The notes under the pieces are model-generated. The model worked only from the letters and a program-made list of their open reading frames with translations, was not told where the DNA came from and did no database searches. A DNA stretch of 64,000 bases, taken from the IMG/VR virus record IMGVR_UViG_3300028833_000098, positions 32,001 to 96,000 of that record; one strand, 5' to 3'. Below are positions 1 through 9,404 of the stretch, one piece after another. The first letter of the stretch is position 1, and each line of letters opens with the position of its first letter. Position numbers and translations under genes: made by a program. The DNA comes from a virus. Its lineage: Duplodnaviria; Caudoviricetes.

Positions 1-1
1 T

Positions 2-1351
2 TTTGAAGAAGGTAACAGACCTCTCAATGCAAAGTCCATTAGACCAACCGGTGAGCTTGTCAAAGAAATGAGAGATAAGTTTATAAAACAAGGTGGTCAT
101 TTTGAGAAGGGATTCAAAGAATTGGAAAAACAATTTGATTGTAATTTCCAAATCTACCTATCACATGCATCTGGCACAGGCACTGCTTTAACAAAGTTCC
201 CTAAAGATGCTCCTGTTAGTAAGATAACCATATCAAAGAAAAAGGGTTTTCAATTGGGTGGATTAAATATAATCATCAATGTTAACCCAACACAAATCCT
301 TCAGATCGTTCCTTCTAACAGAAAACTGTTTGGTCAAACATTAACCGCAATTCTCTTGCATGAGATATATCATAACATCGTACACAGTGTTGATATAAGA
401 AACAGGAATCTTCATAATGATATCAAACGAACATTTTCAGGTGTTGGTAGTAATGAGAATAAGGCTTCAATTGATTCAAAGGTCAATGGATTAATATCCA
501 GATTTAAATCAGCATTCTCCATAAAAGATATGGAGTTTAATGAAGATAGATCAAAGAATCGATTTTATGTTTTATCCAAAATAAAAGATAACCCAAATGC
601 ATTGAAAAAGTTTGAAAATGATATCAAGGAGAATGTTGATAAAACCAACTCTGAAAAAGAGCTTGATGATTATATCAAAACTTTGAGCATGATAAAAACA
701 GTTACGGGTTTGCGTAAAGGCGTTAGAATGGTTGCTACTGCATGTGCCATCTTGCTTGCAGGTTTAGGTTTTGTATTCGGTTCATCATTAATGGCTGCAT
801 CTGGAATAATCTATTTGGCAATAGTAGCTTTATCAATGTTGATCAAAAAGGTTCTTTCTTTGTTCTCTGTTTCTGTTGGTGTACAGGAAGAATACTTCTG
901 TGATTTGTTCGCAGCAATGTATAATCTCCCAATACACATAACATCATTCAAGAGACAGATTCAATTGAACAAGGTTAACAAAGAAAAAGTGTCCAAAGCC
1001 AATAAGTTAAATTCTAAAATATATGACAATGTAAAAGATGTTCATCCATTGACATATGATCGTGAACTTGTTTCATATCAAATGGCCAAACAGATACTGG
1101 ATTCTGGTAAACATCTAAAACCGGAAATCAAACGATATCTGAAATATATCGTAAGTCAAAATGAAGGTATTGATGATATGGATGTTTCGCATACAAAACG
1201 TCAAGAGAAACAACTTGATCCTGAAGCAGCAAAAGATCTTCAGAAAACCATTGATGATTTTGTTCGTAAAACAGGCGTTACTGTAACAGAATCATTCATT
1301 GATGATGTTGAAGATTGCATTCTTGATTATTATCTTGAAGAAGGTGAATAA
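2..1351 (+). CDS. Zn-metallopeptidase-like virion protein (5'-truncated by window edge)
   Basis: Frame is open from nt 2 (FEEGNRPL...). Has HEIYH (HExxH), downstream EEYFCD and DVHP as in M48-like zincins, plus a hydrophobic hairpin. Confidence 0.6.
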   Translation, partial: FEEGNRPLNAKSIRPTGELVKEMRDKFIKQGGHFEKGFKELEKQFDCNFQIYLSHASGTGTALTKFPKDAPVSKITISKKKGFQLGGLNIIINVNPTQILQIVPSNRKLFGQTLTAILLHEIYHNIVHSVDIRNRNLHNDIKRTFSGVGSNENKASIDSKVNGLISRFKSAFSIKDMEFNEDRSKNRFYVLSKIKDNPNALKKFENDIKENVDKTNSEKELDDYIKTLSMIKTVTGLRKGVRMVATACAILLAGLGFVFGSSLMAASGIIYLAIVALSMLIKKVLSLFSVSVGVQEEYFCDLFAAMYNLPIHITSFKRQIQLNKVNKEKVSKANKLNSKIYDNVKDVHPLTYDRELVSYQMAKQILDSGKHLKPEIKRYLKYIVSQNEGIDDMDVSHTKRQEKQLDPEAAKDLQKTIDDFVRKTGVTVTESFIDDVEDCILDYYLEEGE

Positions 1352-1352
1352 T

Positions 1353-1832
1353 ATGGCTTTGGATGAAGTAGGAATTACATTATCGGAAGTAACGAAAAAG
1401 TTCCCAAGGAGATTTCAAACTCTCGGTTATGATGTTGCTTTTGATACAGACTCGATGAACAAACCAAAAATATTATCGTCTTTTGAACTGGGTGTGAATG
1501 TTATACTCACTCTCTTATTCATGAAGCCGGGACAGTTTCCATCAATACCTACATTGGGTATTGATATTGAATCCTATCTTCATGAATATTCTGATGATAA
1601 AAAGATCCCTGCTGAAATCAAAAACAAGTTGTCAGATCAATGTAATCAACTTGATATATCAGGATTAACAATTGATGTATTTTTTGATAAAACCGAAGAA
1701 GGTATTGATGCATTGGTGATTTCAATATCTGGTACAGAGACTGTCAGTTATGGTAATGAAACAGACCATGTCATCATAGGCATTTCTTATGACAAACTAA
1801 ATCGTTTGTACGTAAGAAAAATAAATATGTGA
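1353..1832 (+). CDS. baseplate wedge protein, T4 gp25-like
   Basis: ILTLLFMKPGQFPSIPTLGIDIESYL resembles the gp25/GPW motif. ATG at 1353 follows AAGGTGA. Confidence 0.6.
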   Translation: MALDEVGITLSEVTKKFPRRFQTLGYDVAFDTDSMNKPKILSSFELGVNVILTLLFMKPGQFPSIPTLGIDIESYLHEYSDDKKIPAEIKNKLSDQCNQLDISGLTIDVFFDKTEEGIDALVISISGTETVSYGNETDHVIIGISYDKLNRLYVRKINM

Positions 1833-1846
1833 GGTAGGTGATATAA

Positions 1847-2593
1847 ATGGATGCATCGGTAAAAAGAAAAAAGATTGAGGATATCGTTACACAAACATTG
1901 AAACTCATGGATCCAACGGGTATCAATGCAAAGAAGTATGAATCATTTTTCAAATCAATGAATGATGCTCAATTTGCAAAATGGATCAAAGAATTCCTTG
2001 CTGATGAGAAGAGCAACATACGTCTCGATATTGAAGAATTTGGTGATGGTTCAAGAACACTGAAATTCGAGAATATCGAAAAAGCTGCTGATAACCTCGG
2101 TATCAAATTATTCGAATATGTATATATTCCACATGTATCATCTAATCCGAACCGACCCATAAGGACCAAACAGCCAGTATTGGTTGGATACCTTAACGTC
2201 AAAAGAACTCAGCAGCTTGTTACCAAGAAAACTGGTTTGGCATTGAATGACGATGATCGTGATGATATGACAGGTGCAGTTAAAGGTGATGCTAAGGGAG
2301 GAACTACTACTGGTATTGAGAATGAACTTCTCGCCGGTGTTGGTGCCACGGACATCTTATCCGAGATAACAGGTGCTCGTGCTGATAACGTTGCCGAATA
2401 TGACAACATGCTCAGATCAATTGCAGAGACAGGCTCTGTTAGGTTAGCCGATATAAAGACTAATGCATATGATAAACCCACACTTCTTGCGGCGGATTTA
2501 TATTTTGCTGCAATGGGATTAAAAACAGACCTCATATCAGAATCTTATTATTCTGCTGAGAAGATAAAATCTGCATTTGAAGGTGAAACATAA
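1847..2593 (+). CDS. RNA polymerase beta subunit, C-terminal fragment (probably virion RNAP)
   Basis: VLVGYLNVKRTQQLVTKK and KGGTTTGIENELLAGVGATDILSEITGARADNV align with RpoB C-terminal regions (VGYMYMLKLxHLVxDK; GGQRFGEMExWALxAYGAxxxLxExLTxKSDDV). Lies in the structural operon. Confidence 0.8.
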   Translation: MDASVKRKKIEDIVTQTLKLMDPTGINAKKYESFFKSMNDAQFAKWIKEFLADEKSNIRLDIEEFGDGSRTLKFENIEKAADNLGIKLFEYVYIPHVSSNPNRPIRTKQPVLVGYLNVKRTQQLVTKKTGLALNDDDRDDMTGAVKGDAKGGTTTGIENELLAGVGATDILSEITGARADNVAEYDNMLRSIAETGSVRLADIKTNAYDKPTLLAADLYFAAMGLKTDLISESYYSAEKIKSAFEGET

Positions 2594-2616
2594 TAAAATG
2601 AAAAGGAGAAGATTTT

Positions 2617-3144
2617 ATGAAGGTAAATATCGTTGGTAAGGGCGTAATCCCTTACATAAACAAGGTTGCACCTGCAATGAATATTGAGGTGAGTGAACCA
2701 ATACTCAAGAAACTGGTTAAGGATCGCCGGTTCAGAATCTTTGATTCAAAAGGTTCAGGTCCTGTAACAGCTGCTACATTTGAAGCTCCTGTCGTAACAG
2801 AGCCTGTTGTTGAGGAGAAGCCCGTTGAGGCACCTAAGCCGAAGAAGAATAAGGCTAAAAAGGAAGAGTATCATCCCGATGTAACTGTAACAGAAGTGCC
2901 TGATGAAATCGGCATTGATCTTGCTCAGACTCTTGATAGTGTTATCGAGACTGCTGTTGAGGTTCCTGCAGAAGAGGAATCTTCAGTTGTTGAAGAGAAG
3001 GTTGAAGAGCCTGTTGCTGAAAAAGAAGAGCTCGAGATTCCTGTAGAGGATGTTGATCTCGATGAGTTCCCTGCTGAAGAGGCTACTAAAGAAGAAGCTC
3101 CTAAGCAGCCTTCCAAGAAGAACAAGAAGAAGAATCGCAAGTAA
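2617..3144 (+). CDS. hypothetical protein with Glu-rich low-complexity region and basic tail
   Basis: Strong SD (AAAGGAGA) and highly-expressed codon bias. Confidence 0.7.
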   Translation: MKVNIVGKGVIPYINKVAPAMNIEVSEPILKKLVKDRRFRIFDSKGSGPVTAATFEAPVVTEPVVEEKPVEAPKPKKNKAKKEEYHPDVTVTEVPDEIGIDLAQTLDSVIETAVEVPAEEESSVVEEKVEEPVAEKEELEIPVEDVDLDEFPAEEATKEEAPKQPSKKNKKKNRK

Positions 3145-3165
3145 TACATAAAGGAGGAATATATA

Positions 3166-4365
3166 ATGATCTTCCTTGAACAGGATGATTTCACTGAGGA
3201 GGAAGCCAGAGTCTTCGTTGAAGCTTATGGTACAAAAGATATTCCTCTAAATGAAACGATCGTAAAACCGATCATGCGTATAATTGCTACACCTAAGAAG
3301 CAGAGGGAATATATTGCTTATGGTGAAGAATTCTTACAGGCTAATTCCGAGATGTTGTCTAAAGAGTTTCCAACCAAAGCAGTATCATTTCCTCGTTCTT
3401 ATGTAGATAATATTTTTGCAATGTTTGGTTTCCAAAAGAACTCATTTAAAGAAAATCTCAAAGAAATTCTCAAAGGTGTTTCTGATAAAACTTCTTTCCA
3501 AACCATTATTGCAAATCCAACGAATGTTATACATTCGATAGTACTCATATATTCTGACCATGTAGGCAATCGTAAATTACGTGATTCTGCACGTCAGCAG
3601 ATGGGTCTTTCGATTTATAATAATACATTCAATCATTTTTTCCATCCGCCTCATCCTATCGAATCGACAATGGCTTATACATACATGAATCTTGATAATT
3701 CATGGAATCTTGTTAAATGCGAGAATGTTATAAACTGGATCGATTTGACAATTGAGACGGCGTATCAATTCTGGCGTACCAGACTTGATCTTGATTTGGA
3801 CACGTCGGTGATGGTTCAATTTCTCAATCGTGTCAGAACATCCTTCCAACAGAACCTACGCTTGCTGGCGAATCAGTATTTTGACACTGTCAATGAAAAT
3901 AAGGGTAACTTGGTTGGTAGTGATGTATCTTCTGATGATATGTACTTTGAAACCAATAACACCGTTAAACTACGAGAAGGTCTCATTCGTCGTATAAACG
4001 GAAAAGACCAACTCTATTGTTCTAAGGGAGATTTGTACAGTGGTATTGCAAAACTCAAGAATGTTAAAGTTGATACTTTATATGAGTTTGCTCAGGAGAT
4101 AAAAACTGAGGATATCGGTCTTATTATCGATACGATATTTTATGTATTTATATCCAAAGAGGGTAATTCGATTGATGATATAAATTCTGTAAAATATATA
4201 TCACGTATAACAAATCTTCCTACAGCAATAGATAGGGCTATTGCTGGTAAACCAATCATATTAACGCTGTCAAAGAAATATAAAATAGATGAATCAATCA
4301 TTCGAGCTTATATTTGTTTGATAGCAACATACATAATGTATCGCATTAACGATGTAAAGGTATAA
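3166..4365 (+). CDS. hypothetical (probable virion) protein
   Basis: 399-aa ORF with SD AAGGAGGA in the structural operon. Confidence 0.7.
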   Translation: MIFLEQDDFTEEEARVFVEAYGTKDIPLNETIVKPIMRIIATPKKQREYIAYGEEFLQANSEMLSKEFPTKAVSFPRSYVDNIFAMFGFQKNSFKENLKEILKGVSDKTSFQTIIANPTNVIHSIVLIYSDHVGNRKLRDSARQQMGLSIYNNTFNHFFHPPHPIESTMAYTYMNLDNSWNLVKCENVINWIDLTIETAYQFWRTRLDLDLDTSVMVQFLNRVRTSFQQNLRLLANQYFDTVNENKGNLVGSDVSSDDMYFETNNTVKLREGLIRRINGKDQLYCSKGDLYSGIAKLKNVKVDTLYEFAQEIKTEDIGLIIDTIFYVFISKEGNSIDDINSVKYISRITNLPTAIDRAIAGKPIILTLSKKYKIDESIIRAYICLIATYIMYRINDVKV

Positions 4366-4380
4366 CAGGAGGTGATATTA

Positions 4381-5757
4381 GTGTTTGACATACTTACAGC
4401 CATTGATGCATCCCAGGATGAATCACAGGAAGCTGTTATGGAATCTCTTTTTACTACATACGACAAAGCATTGATGATTCTGGAATATCTTGATTCTGAT
4501 GACATAAGTTGTTTTTCAATATTTCAGGAAGCCGCAACGGATAATGACAAAGAGGTTTCTGGAAAAGATAAAGCAAAACAGGGTATTCTTAAAAGTATTT
4601 TTGGTATAATACCAAAACTCATTCAGCGTCTCAAAGATCTTTCGGCGAAAAAATTCGAAGCAAAGAAAATGAAAATGCTCGAAAAGAAAGCCAAGAAGTT
4701 GGGTGTTGATCTTAGCAAGTTATCAGAATCTGAAAAAGAAATGTTATATGCATCCCTCAATAGCCAATTGACGGAGTCTGACATAAATAAGATAATAACA
4801 AAACGTAAACTCATGAGTTTCGGTCTGAAAGCTGGGCTTGGTGCAATTGTTATTGGTGGATCAGCATATTACCTCAATAACAAAAAAGAGCTGGTCGTTG
4901 AGAAGGTTAATGACTTTAAAGGAAAGATCTATAAGAAACTTGATGAAGATGTTCTCAAGGGTGTTCGTGAAGCAACCGATGCTGCGGTTGAAAAAATATC
5001 GAACGTAGCTGATGCAGCAGCAGAAAAAATTAAATCTGCGGCAGATGCTTGTAAGAAAGCTGTTGAAACAGTTATCAATTTCTTAAAGAAACTATTTGAT
5101 GCATTTAAGAAATTTTTCAACATACATCTACTCAATTATGACAAAACAGAGGTTGAAAAAATTCTTTGTAAAATAGATCCAAACACAGGAACCCTTCATG
5201 TCACATTTGATACTGACACCATCAATGAATGGATCAAAGAAACAAAGACCTTTATATCAAACGCATCACAATTCATTGGACGTAAAGTCGTAAACGGCGA
5301 ACTTGAAAAGAACGTCAATGATGAGGGTAAGATGACACGTGGTGGTGCAATTGCCGCAGTTCAGAAAGAACATGATAGTGCTACTATCATGAAGGGCAAG
5401 AATGGAGCAACACTCGTATCGGATTATCGTAATCATCTTGAGAAAATTGCTTCCAAATTTAATGCAAAGGCCGAATATCATCCGATTGACGGCTTCATTA
5501 GCTATTCGTCAGAAATAATCGATGATCTAAATAAGGTATGTGATCTGGCGAAGAAACTAAGTGAAAAATATACCTCTATGGTAGATAATCCAAATAGAAA
5601 ACAGACGGATTACCTTGAAGCTGAGAAAGAGGTTGCAATGACTCTTCGTGGTATTCTCGATACCCAGATCCTTATAACAGAATCGGTTGATGCAATCAAT
5701 AATTACATCAACACTGTTTCTGAAATGACATCTGCTCTTGAAATCGGTTCTGAATGA
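4381..5757 (+). CDS. inner head protein, paralog family member 1
   Basis: GTG start after CAGGAGGTGA. N-terminal propeptide ...ESLFTTYDKA...FSIFQEA is shared with the next two genes. Confidence 0.65.
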   Translation: MFDILTAIDASQDESQEAVMESLFTTYDKALMILEYLDSDDISCFSIFQEAATDNDKEVSGKDKAKQGILKSIFGIIPKLIQRLKDLSAKKFEAKKMKMLEKKAKKLGVDLSKLSESEKEMLYASLNSQLTESDINKIITKRKLMSFGLKAGLGAIVIGGSAYYLNNKKELVVEKVNDFKGKIYKKLDEDVLKGVREATDAAVEKISNVADAAAEKIKSAADACKKAVETVINFLKKLFDAFKKFFNIHLLNYDKTEVEKILCKIDPNTGTLHVTFDTDTINEWIKETKTFISNASQFIGRKVVNGELEKNVNDEGKMTRGGAIAAVQKEHDSATIMKGKNGATLVSDYRNHLEKIASKFNAKAEYHPIDGFISYSSEIIDDLNKVCDLAKKLSEKYTSMVDNPNRKQTDYLEAEKEVAMTLRGILDTQILITESVDAINNYINTVSEMTSALEIGSE

Positions 5758-5830
5758 TTTTACGATACGAAAAGTTAAAGCTTCAAATTAGAAGTTTATT
5801 AAAAAATTATACGAAAGGAATGAAATATTT

Positions 5831-7234
5831 ATGAACGAAATCAATGTTCGTAATGAAATTCTTGGTTCTATCGATAATGTCAACGATGTTACTATGGAAT
5901 CGACACTTGATGTAATGGGTTCATTGGCTCTTGCTTATGATAAAGCGGCTATGATAACCGAGTATTCAAATACTGAAGATCTTTCGATGTTCTCTATATT
6001 CCAGGAAGCTGAGGTAGCTGAGGCTAAGAAGGAACCTGGTCTGGGAATGAAGATACTGATGTTTATTCCTAATATCCTCAAGAAGATATGGGAATTCCTC
6101 AAGCAGGCATGGAACGGTGAAATTGTTCCTACTGCAAAGAAGGCTGCAAAGGAAGCAGAGAGTCTTTCTGATAAATTCAAAGGTCTTTTCAATAAGATCA
6201 TCGGTAAGGATGAGAGTTGGATAAGAGAGCATGCGAAAGAACTCGGTATAAGTGGTGCTATGCTTGCACTTGTTCTCGGCGTTGCTACATGGTTCAACAA
6301 GGATAACTTGAAGAAGCTCTTCACAGAATTTATTCAGGGTATCAGTGGTTTCTTCAAGAAAACGTCTGATAACTTCAAGCAGTATGGCGTAATATTCGAG
6401 ATGGTCGTATGGAATAAGTTTAAGACAAACATATCTTTCAAGGGCCTGAAGGATGCTATTACATCACTTCCTAAGTTCTTCAAGGATTGTGCAGCGTATC
6501 ATGAAAGATATATAAAGGGTGGTCTTCCTGGTTCAACCAACGGTGAGATTAAACAGATCGACTATAACAGAACTGATATCAGTGCTATGGAAACAGAACT
6601 CAATGCTCTGAATACAACATTCGACCAGATGACGAATGCTGATATCGTAGTCGCTGATACAGTTGAATACACTATTCCACAGGTAATCGACGGCATTACT
6701 GCAGATCTTGATCCTGATTCAGAAGAAGGTAAAGAGCTTATCGCTACAATGGAGAAGACAGCCAATGTAATGAAGCTCACTGATGAACAGATCAATGCTT
6801 TCTCACAGAATTTCCCTGCAAAGAGTAATATACAGAAGATTCTGTCCAAATTTGCTGGTTGGTTCCAGAAGGTTGGTGGCATGATCGCTGGTTGGTTCAG
6901 GTCTCTGAAGAAGATTTGTACCGACTTCGTCCAGAAGATCAAGGATGCTAGAGATATCGACAAGTCTCTCGATTACGGCAAATCTGACAGTGAGGAGCCT
7001 GCTACAAAGGATTCAAATCCTGGTAATGATAAAGCAGCTACTGATGACCTTACTTCGAATCTCGAAGAGGATAGTACTGCAACATACCCTGCCCAGGCTG
7101 ATGGTGCGGAGACACCTGAGGAAACGGGTCTTGAATCCACACAGGAAGAAATTCCTGAGGGTGAAGAAGCTGTTCAGGAGTCTGCAACAGAGGATGAAGC
7201 CGAAGCAGCTATCAATAATCACTGGTATAGATAA
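5831..7234 (+). CDS. inner head protein, paralog family member 2
   Basis: Propeptide ...SLALAYDKA...FSIFQEA and an acidic C-terminus. Confidence 0.65.
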   Translation: MNEINVRNEILGSIDNVNDVTMESTLDVMGSLALAYDKAAMITEYSNTEDLSMFSIFQEAEVAEAKKEPGLGMKILMFIPNILKKIWEFLKQAWNGEIVPTAKKAAKEAESLSDKFKGLFNKIIGKDESWIREHAKELGISGAMLALVLGVATWFNKDNLKKLFTEFIQGISGFFKKTSDNFKQYGVIFEMVVWNKFKTNISFKGLKDAITSLPKFFKDCAAYHERYIKGGLPGSTNGEIKQIDYNRTDISAMETELNALNTTFDQMTNADIVVADTVEYTIPQVIDGITADLDPDSEEGKELIATMEKTANVMKLTDEQINAFSQNFPAKSNIQKILSKFAGWFQKVGGMIAGWFRSLKKICTDFVQKIKDARDIDKSLDYGKSDSEEPATKDSNPGNDKAATDDLTSNLEEDSTATYPAQADGAETPEETGLESTQEEIPEGEEAVQESATEDEAEAAINNHWYR

Positions 7235-7247
7235 TATATCTAATGAG

Positions 7248-7277
7248 GAGATATCCCCATTTCGGGGATATCTCTTT
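7248..7277 (+). terminator. intrinsic terminator
   Basis: GAGATATCCCC-attt c-GGGGATATCTC followed by TTT. Confidence 0.75.
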
Positions 7278-7306
7278 CTATTATACAAACAAAGGAGGTA
7301 TGATTG

Positions 7307-8515
7307 ATGATTTCAAAAGAAATTATTGATTCAATCGATGAAGTTGTCATCGAATCAAATATCGATGTATTTGAATCATTATGTGCATCATATGACAAAG
7401 CATATGATATTCTTGAATACTGTTCTGATGACGATGTTGATTTCGGCATGTTTTCTATCATTCAGGAGTCAACCATTGAAAAGGGTGATACTGAATCAAA
7501 TGCAGACATTAAGAAGAAAGATAAAAAGCAAGGCAATATTCTTTCCAAGATGCTTGACGCTATTATCAGTTTCTTCAAAATGATCGGTTCAGCAATTGCC
7601 TCTTTCTTCAGGAAAGCAAAGGAAGGCATTTCTGATAAACTCAGAAAACTTTCTAAGAAATCTGATAAAGAATGCAGCGATGTTCAGGATAAGATCGATA
7701 ATGGTCCTGCTGGGGACAAGCTCGACAAGGCAGCTTCTTCTTTTGAAGAAAAAGCTGAAACAAAAGAAGCGCTTACTGATAACAGTGACGAAGAAAAGTC
7801 TGATGATGGTGAAAAGAAGCCTGATAACAAGACAAAGATACTTGTAAAGGAAAAGAAGATCAAAACACATATCAAGTTTGATGCTTGGATAAAATTCCTT
7901 GAATATAGTTATGCATATACAGAGCGTGTCGTTAACAAAGCAACAGTTCTGACAAAGAGTGATGTCAGGTCTGCAATTGTCAATAGACCAACTCGAGCAA
8001 TTCAGAAGAATAATAAGCCTCTCAAAGACGAAATCGAAAAAGTCCAAGGTGGAGTTGCTGATCTGGTAGGTGACATCAAAGGTGGTTCGGATGTTCGCAA
8101 GGCCCGTCTAAAGAAGCAAACACTTTTCTCAAAGTATTGTAAGAAATATCCCGTATCTGAAGTGGCAGATAGCATAGATAAGATAGATGATCTTCTCAAC
8201 AAGAATATCGAATCATCCAAGAATGCTTTGGAGAAATTCAAAAAGGTTAAGGTTGTTCTCGATAAGGGAAATAATAATTCCACATTCAATAAGCTCGTGA
8301 AGGATATTACCAAGATCCATACAGAGCTTGCCAATATCGGTTCAGTAACTCTGGCTCTCACGAAGTATATTGGTCTCGAGCTCGGTCTTTATGATTCTAT
8401 GCTTGCAATCATCATTCCTATGTTCGATAAGGAAATGGCTGATAAGAAGAAAGCCGAAGAGGAAGCAAATCCAACATTAAATGTCAATGTGAGAACCAAA
8501 AACAATGAGGAATAA
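7307..8515 (+). CDS. inner head protein, paralog family member 3
   Basis: Propeptide ...ESLCASYDKA...FSIIQES and SD AAAGGAGG. Confidence 0.65.
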   Translation: MISKEIIDSIDEVVIESNIDVFESLCASYDKAYDILEYCSDDDVDFGMFSIIQESTIEKGDTESNADIKKKDKKQGNILSKMLDAIISFFKMIGSAIASFFRKAKEGISDKLRKLSKKSDKECSDVQDKIDNGPAGDKLDKAASSFEEKAETKEALTDNSDEEKSDDGEKKPDNKTKILVKEKKIKTHIKFDAWIKFLEYSYAYTERVVNKATVLTKSDVRSAIVNRPTRAIQKNNKPLKDEIEKVQGGVADLVGDIKGGSDVRKARLKKQTLFSKYCKKYPVSEVADSIDKIDDLLNKNIESSKNALEKFKKVKVVLDKGNNNSTFNKLVKDITKIHTELANIGSVTLALTKYIGLELGLYDSMLAIIIPMFDKEMADKKKAEEEANPTLNVNVRTKNNEE

Positions 8516-8553
8516 ATTTCCTCATATCAAACTATATGAAAGGAAGAACTTGT

Positions 8554-9390
8554 ATGCCTATGAAGAGTAATCAGACTAACAAGTATGAGACTGCCTGTTT
8601 TATACAGGAAGCCCCTGTTATGTCAGAAATGAATGTTAATGGATATACAATCAAGAAATCTGCAGAAGGTCTTCCGTACTGTGAGTTCGAATCTACTCTG
8701 ATGACATTTAACGAATACAATCGTATGAGACGTCGTTATGATGCAAATAACATTGATACTGTTATTGCATCTGATGAAAGAATCAACGATCTATTGAGAC
8801 GTCATCAGTGGAGAGGTGAATGGAACCATCCAAATCCGGACATCAAGGGTCAACAGTATTCTGATATCCGTATGACTATTCCTGAACCAATAAGAACTTC
8901 ACACTTTATTACGAAACCCCGTCTTGAAGGTGACAGATATCGTGGACATATTATCACACATCCTCGTACAGAGTGTGGTAGAGCTGTTGCATCAGAAATC
9001 ATTGATATCGGTTCAATCCCATGCTTTTCTGTTCGTCTTCTTGGAAACATGATACCCAATGCTCCTGTAAACCAGCCTAACATGAGAGTGTCAAAGGTTA
9101 TCACATTTGATATGGTTGACTTTCCGTCACATGCTGGTGCACAGGCTGACATTACTCCAACACCATATCAGGAAGGTGCTGTCATCTTCTTGAAGGAATT
9201 GGCGAAGTACTGTTGTGAGCAGGATGAGAATATGAAGGTTGTATGCGAATCATTCCAGTTCTCTACAGATGAGATCATGGGAATTCACAATGGTAACATT
9301 GTATTCCAGGAAGCAGATACAAACTCAAGAATTCATATTCCTCTCAAGGGCGATATTCGTAAGGAAGCACTGTCAATAATACTCGGATGA
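8554..9390 (+). CDS. prohead core protease (T4 gp21-like)
   Basis: GEWNHP (T4 GELNHP), FSVRLLG (catalytic S-x-R) and TFDMVDFPSH. Lies upstream of the scaffold and capsid genes. Confidence 0.85.
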   Translation: MPMKSNQTNKYETACFIQEAPVMSEMNVNGYTIKKSAEGLPYCEFESTLMTFNEYNRMRRRYDANNIDTVIASDERINDLLRRHQWRGEWNHPNPDIKGQQYSDIRMTIPEPIRTSHFITKPRLEGDRYRGHIITHPRTECGRAVASEIIDIGSIPCFSVRLLGNMIPNAPVNQPNMRVSKVITFDMVDFPSHAGAQADITPTPYQEGAVIFLKELAKYCCEQDENMKVVCESFQFSTDEIMGIHNGNIVFQEADTNSRIHIPLKGDIRKEALSIILG

Positions 9391-9404
9391 TGGAGGATGG
9401 ATAA

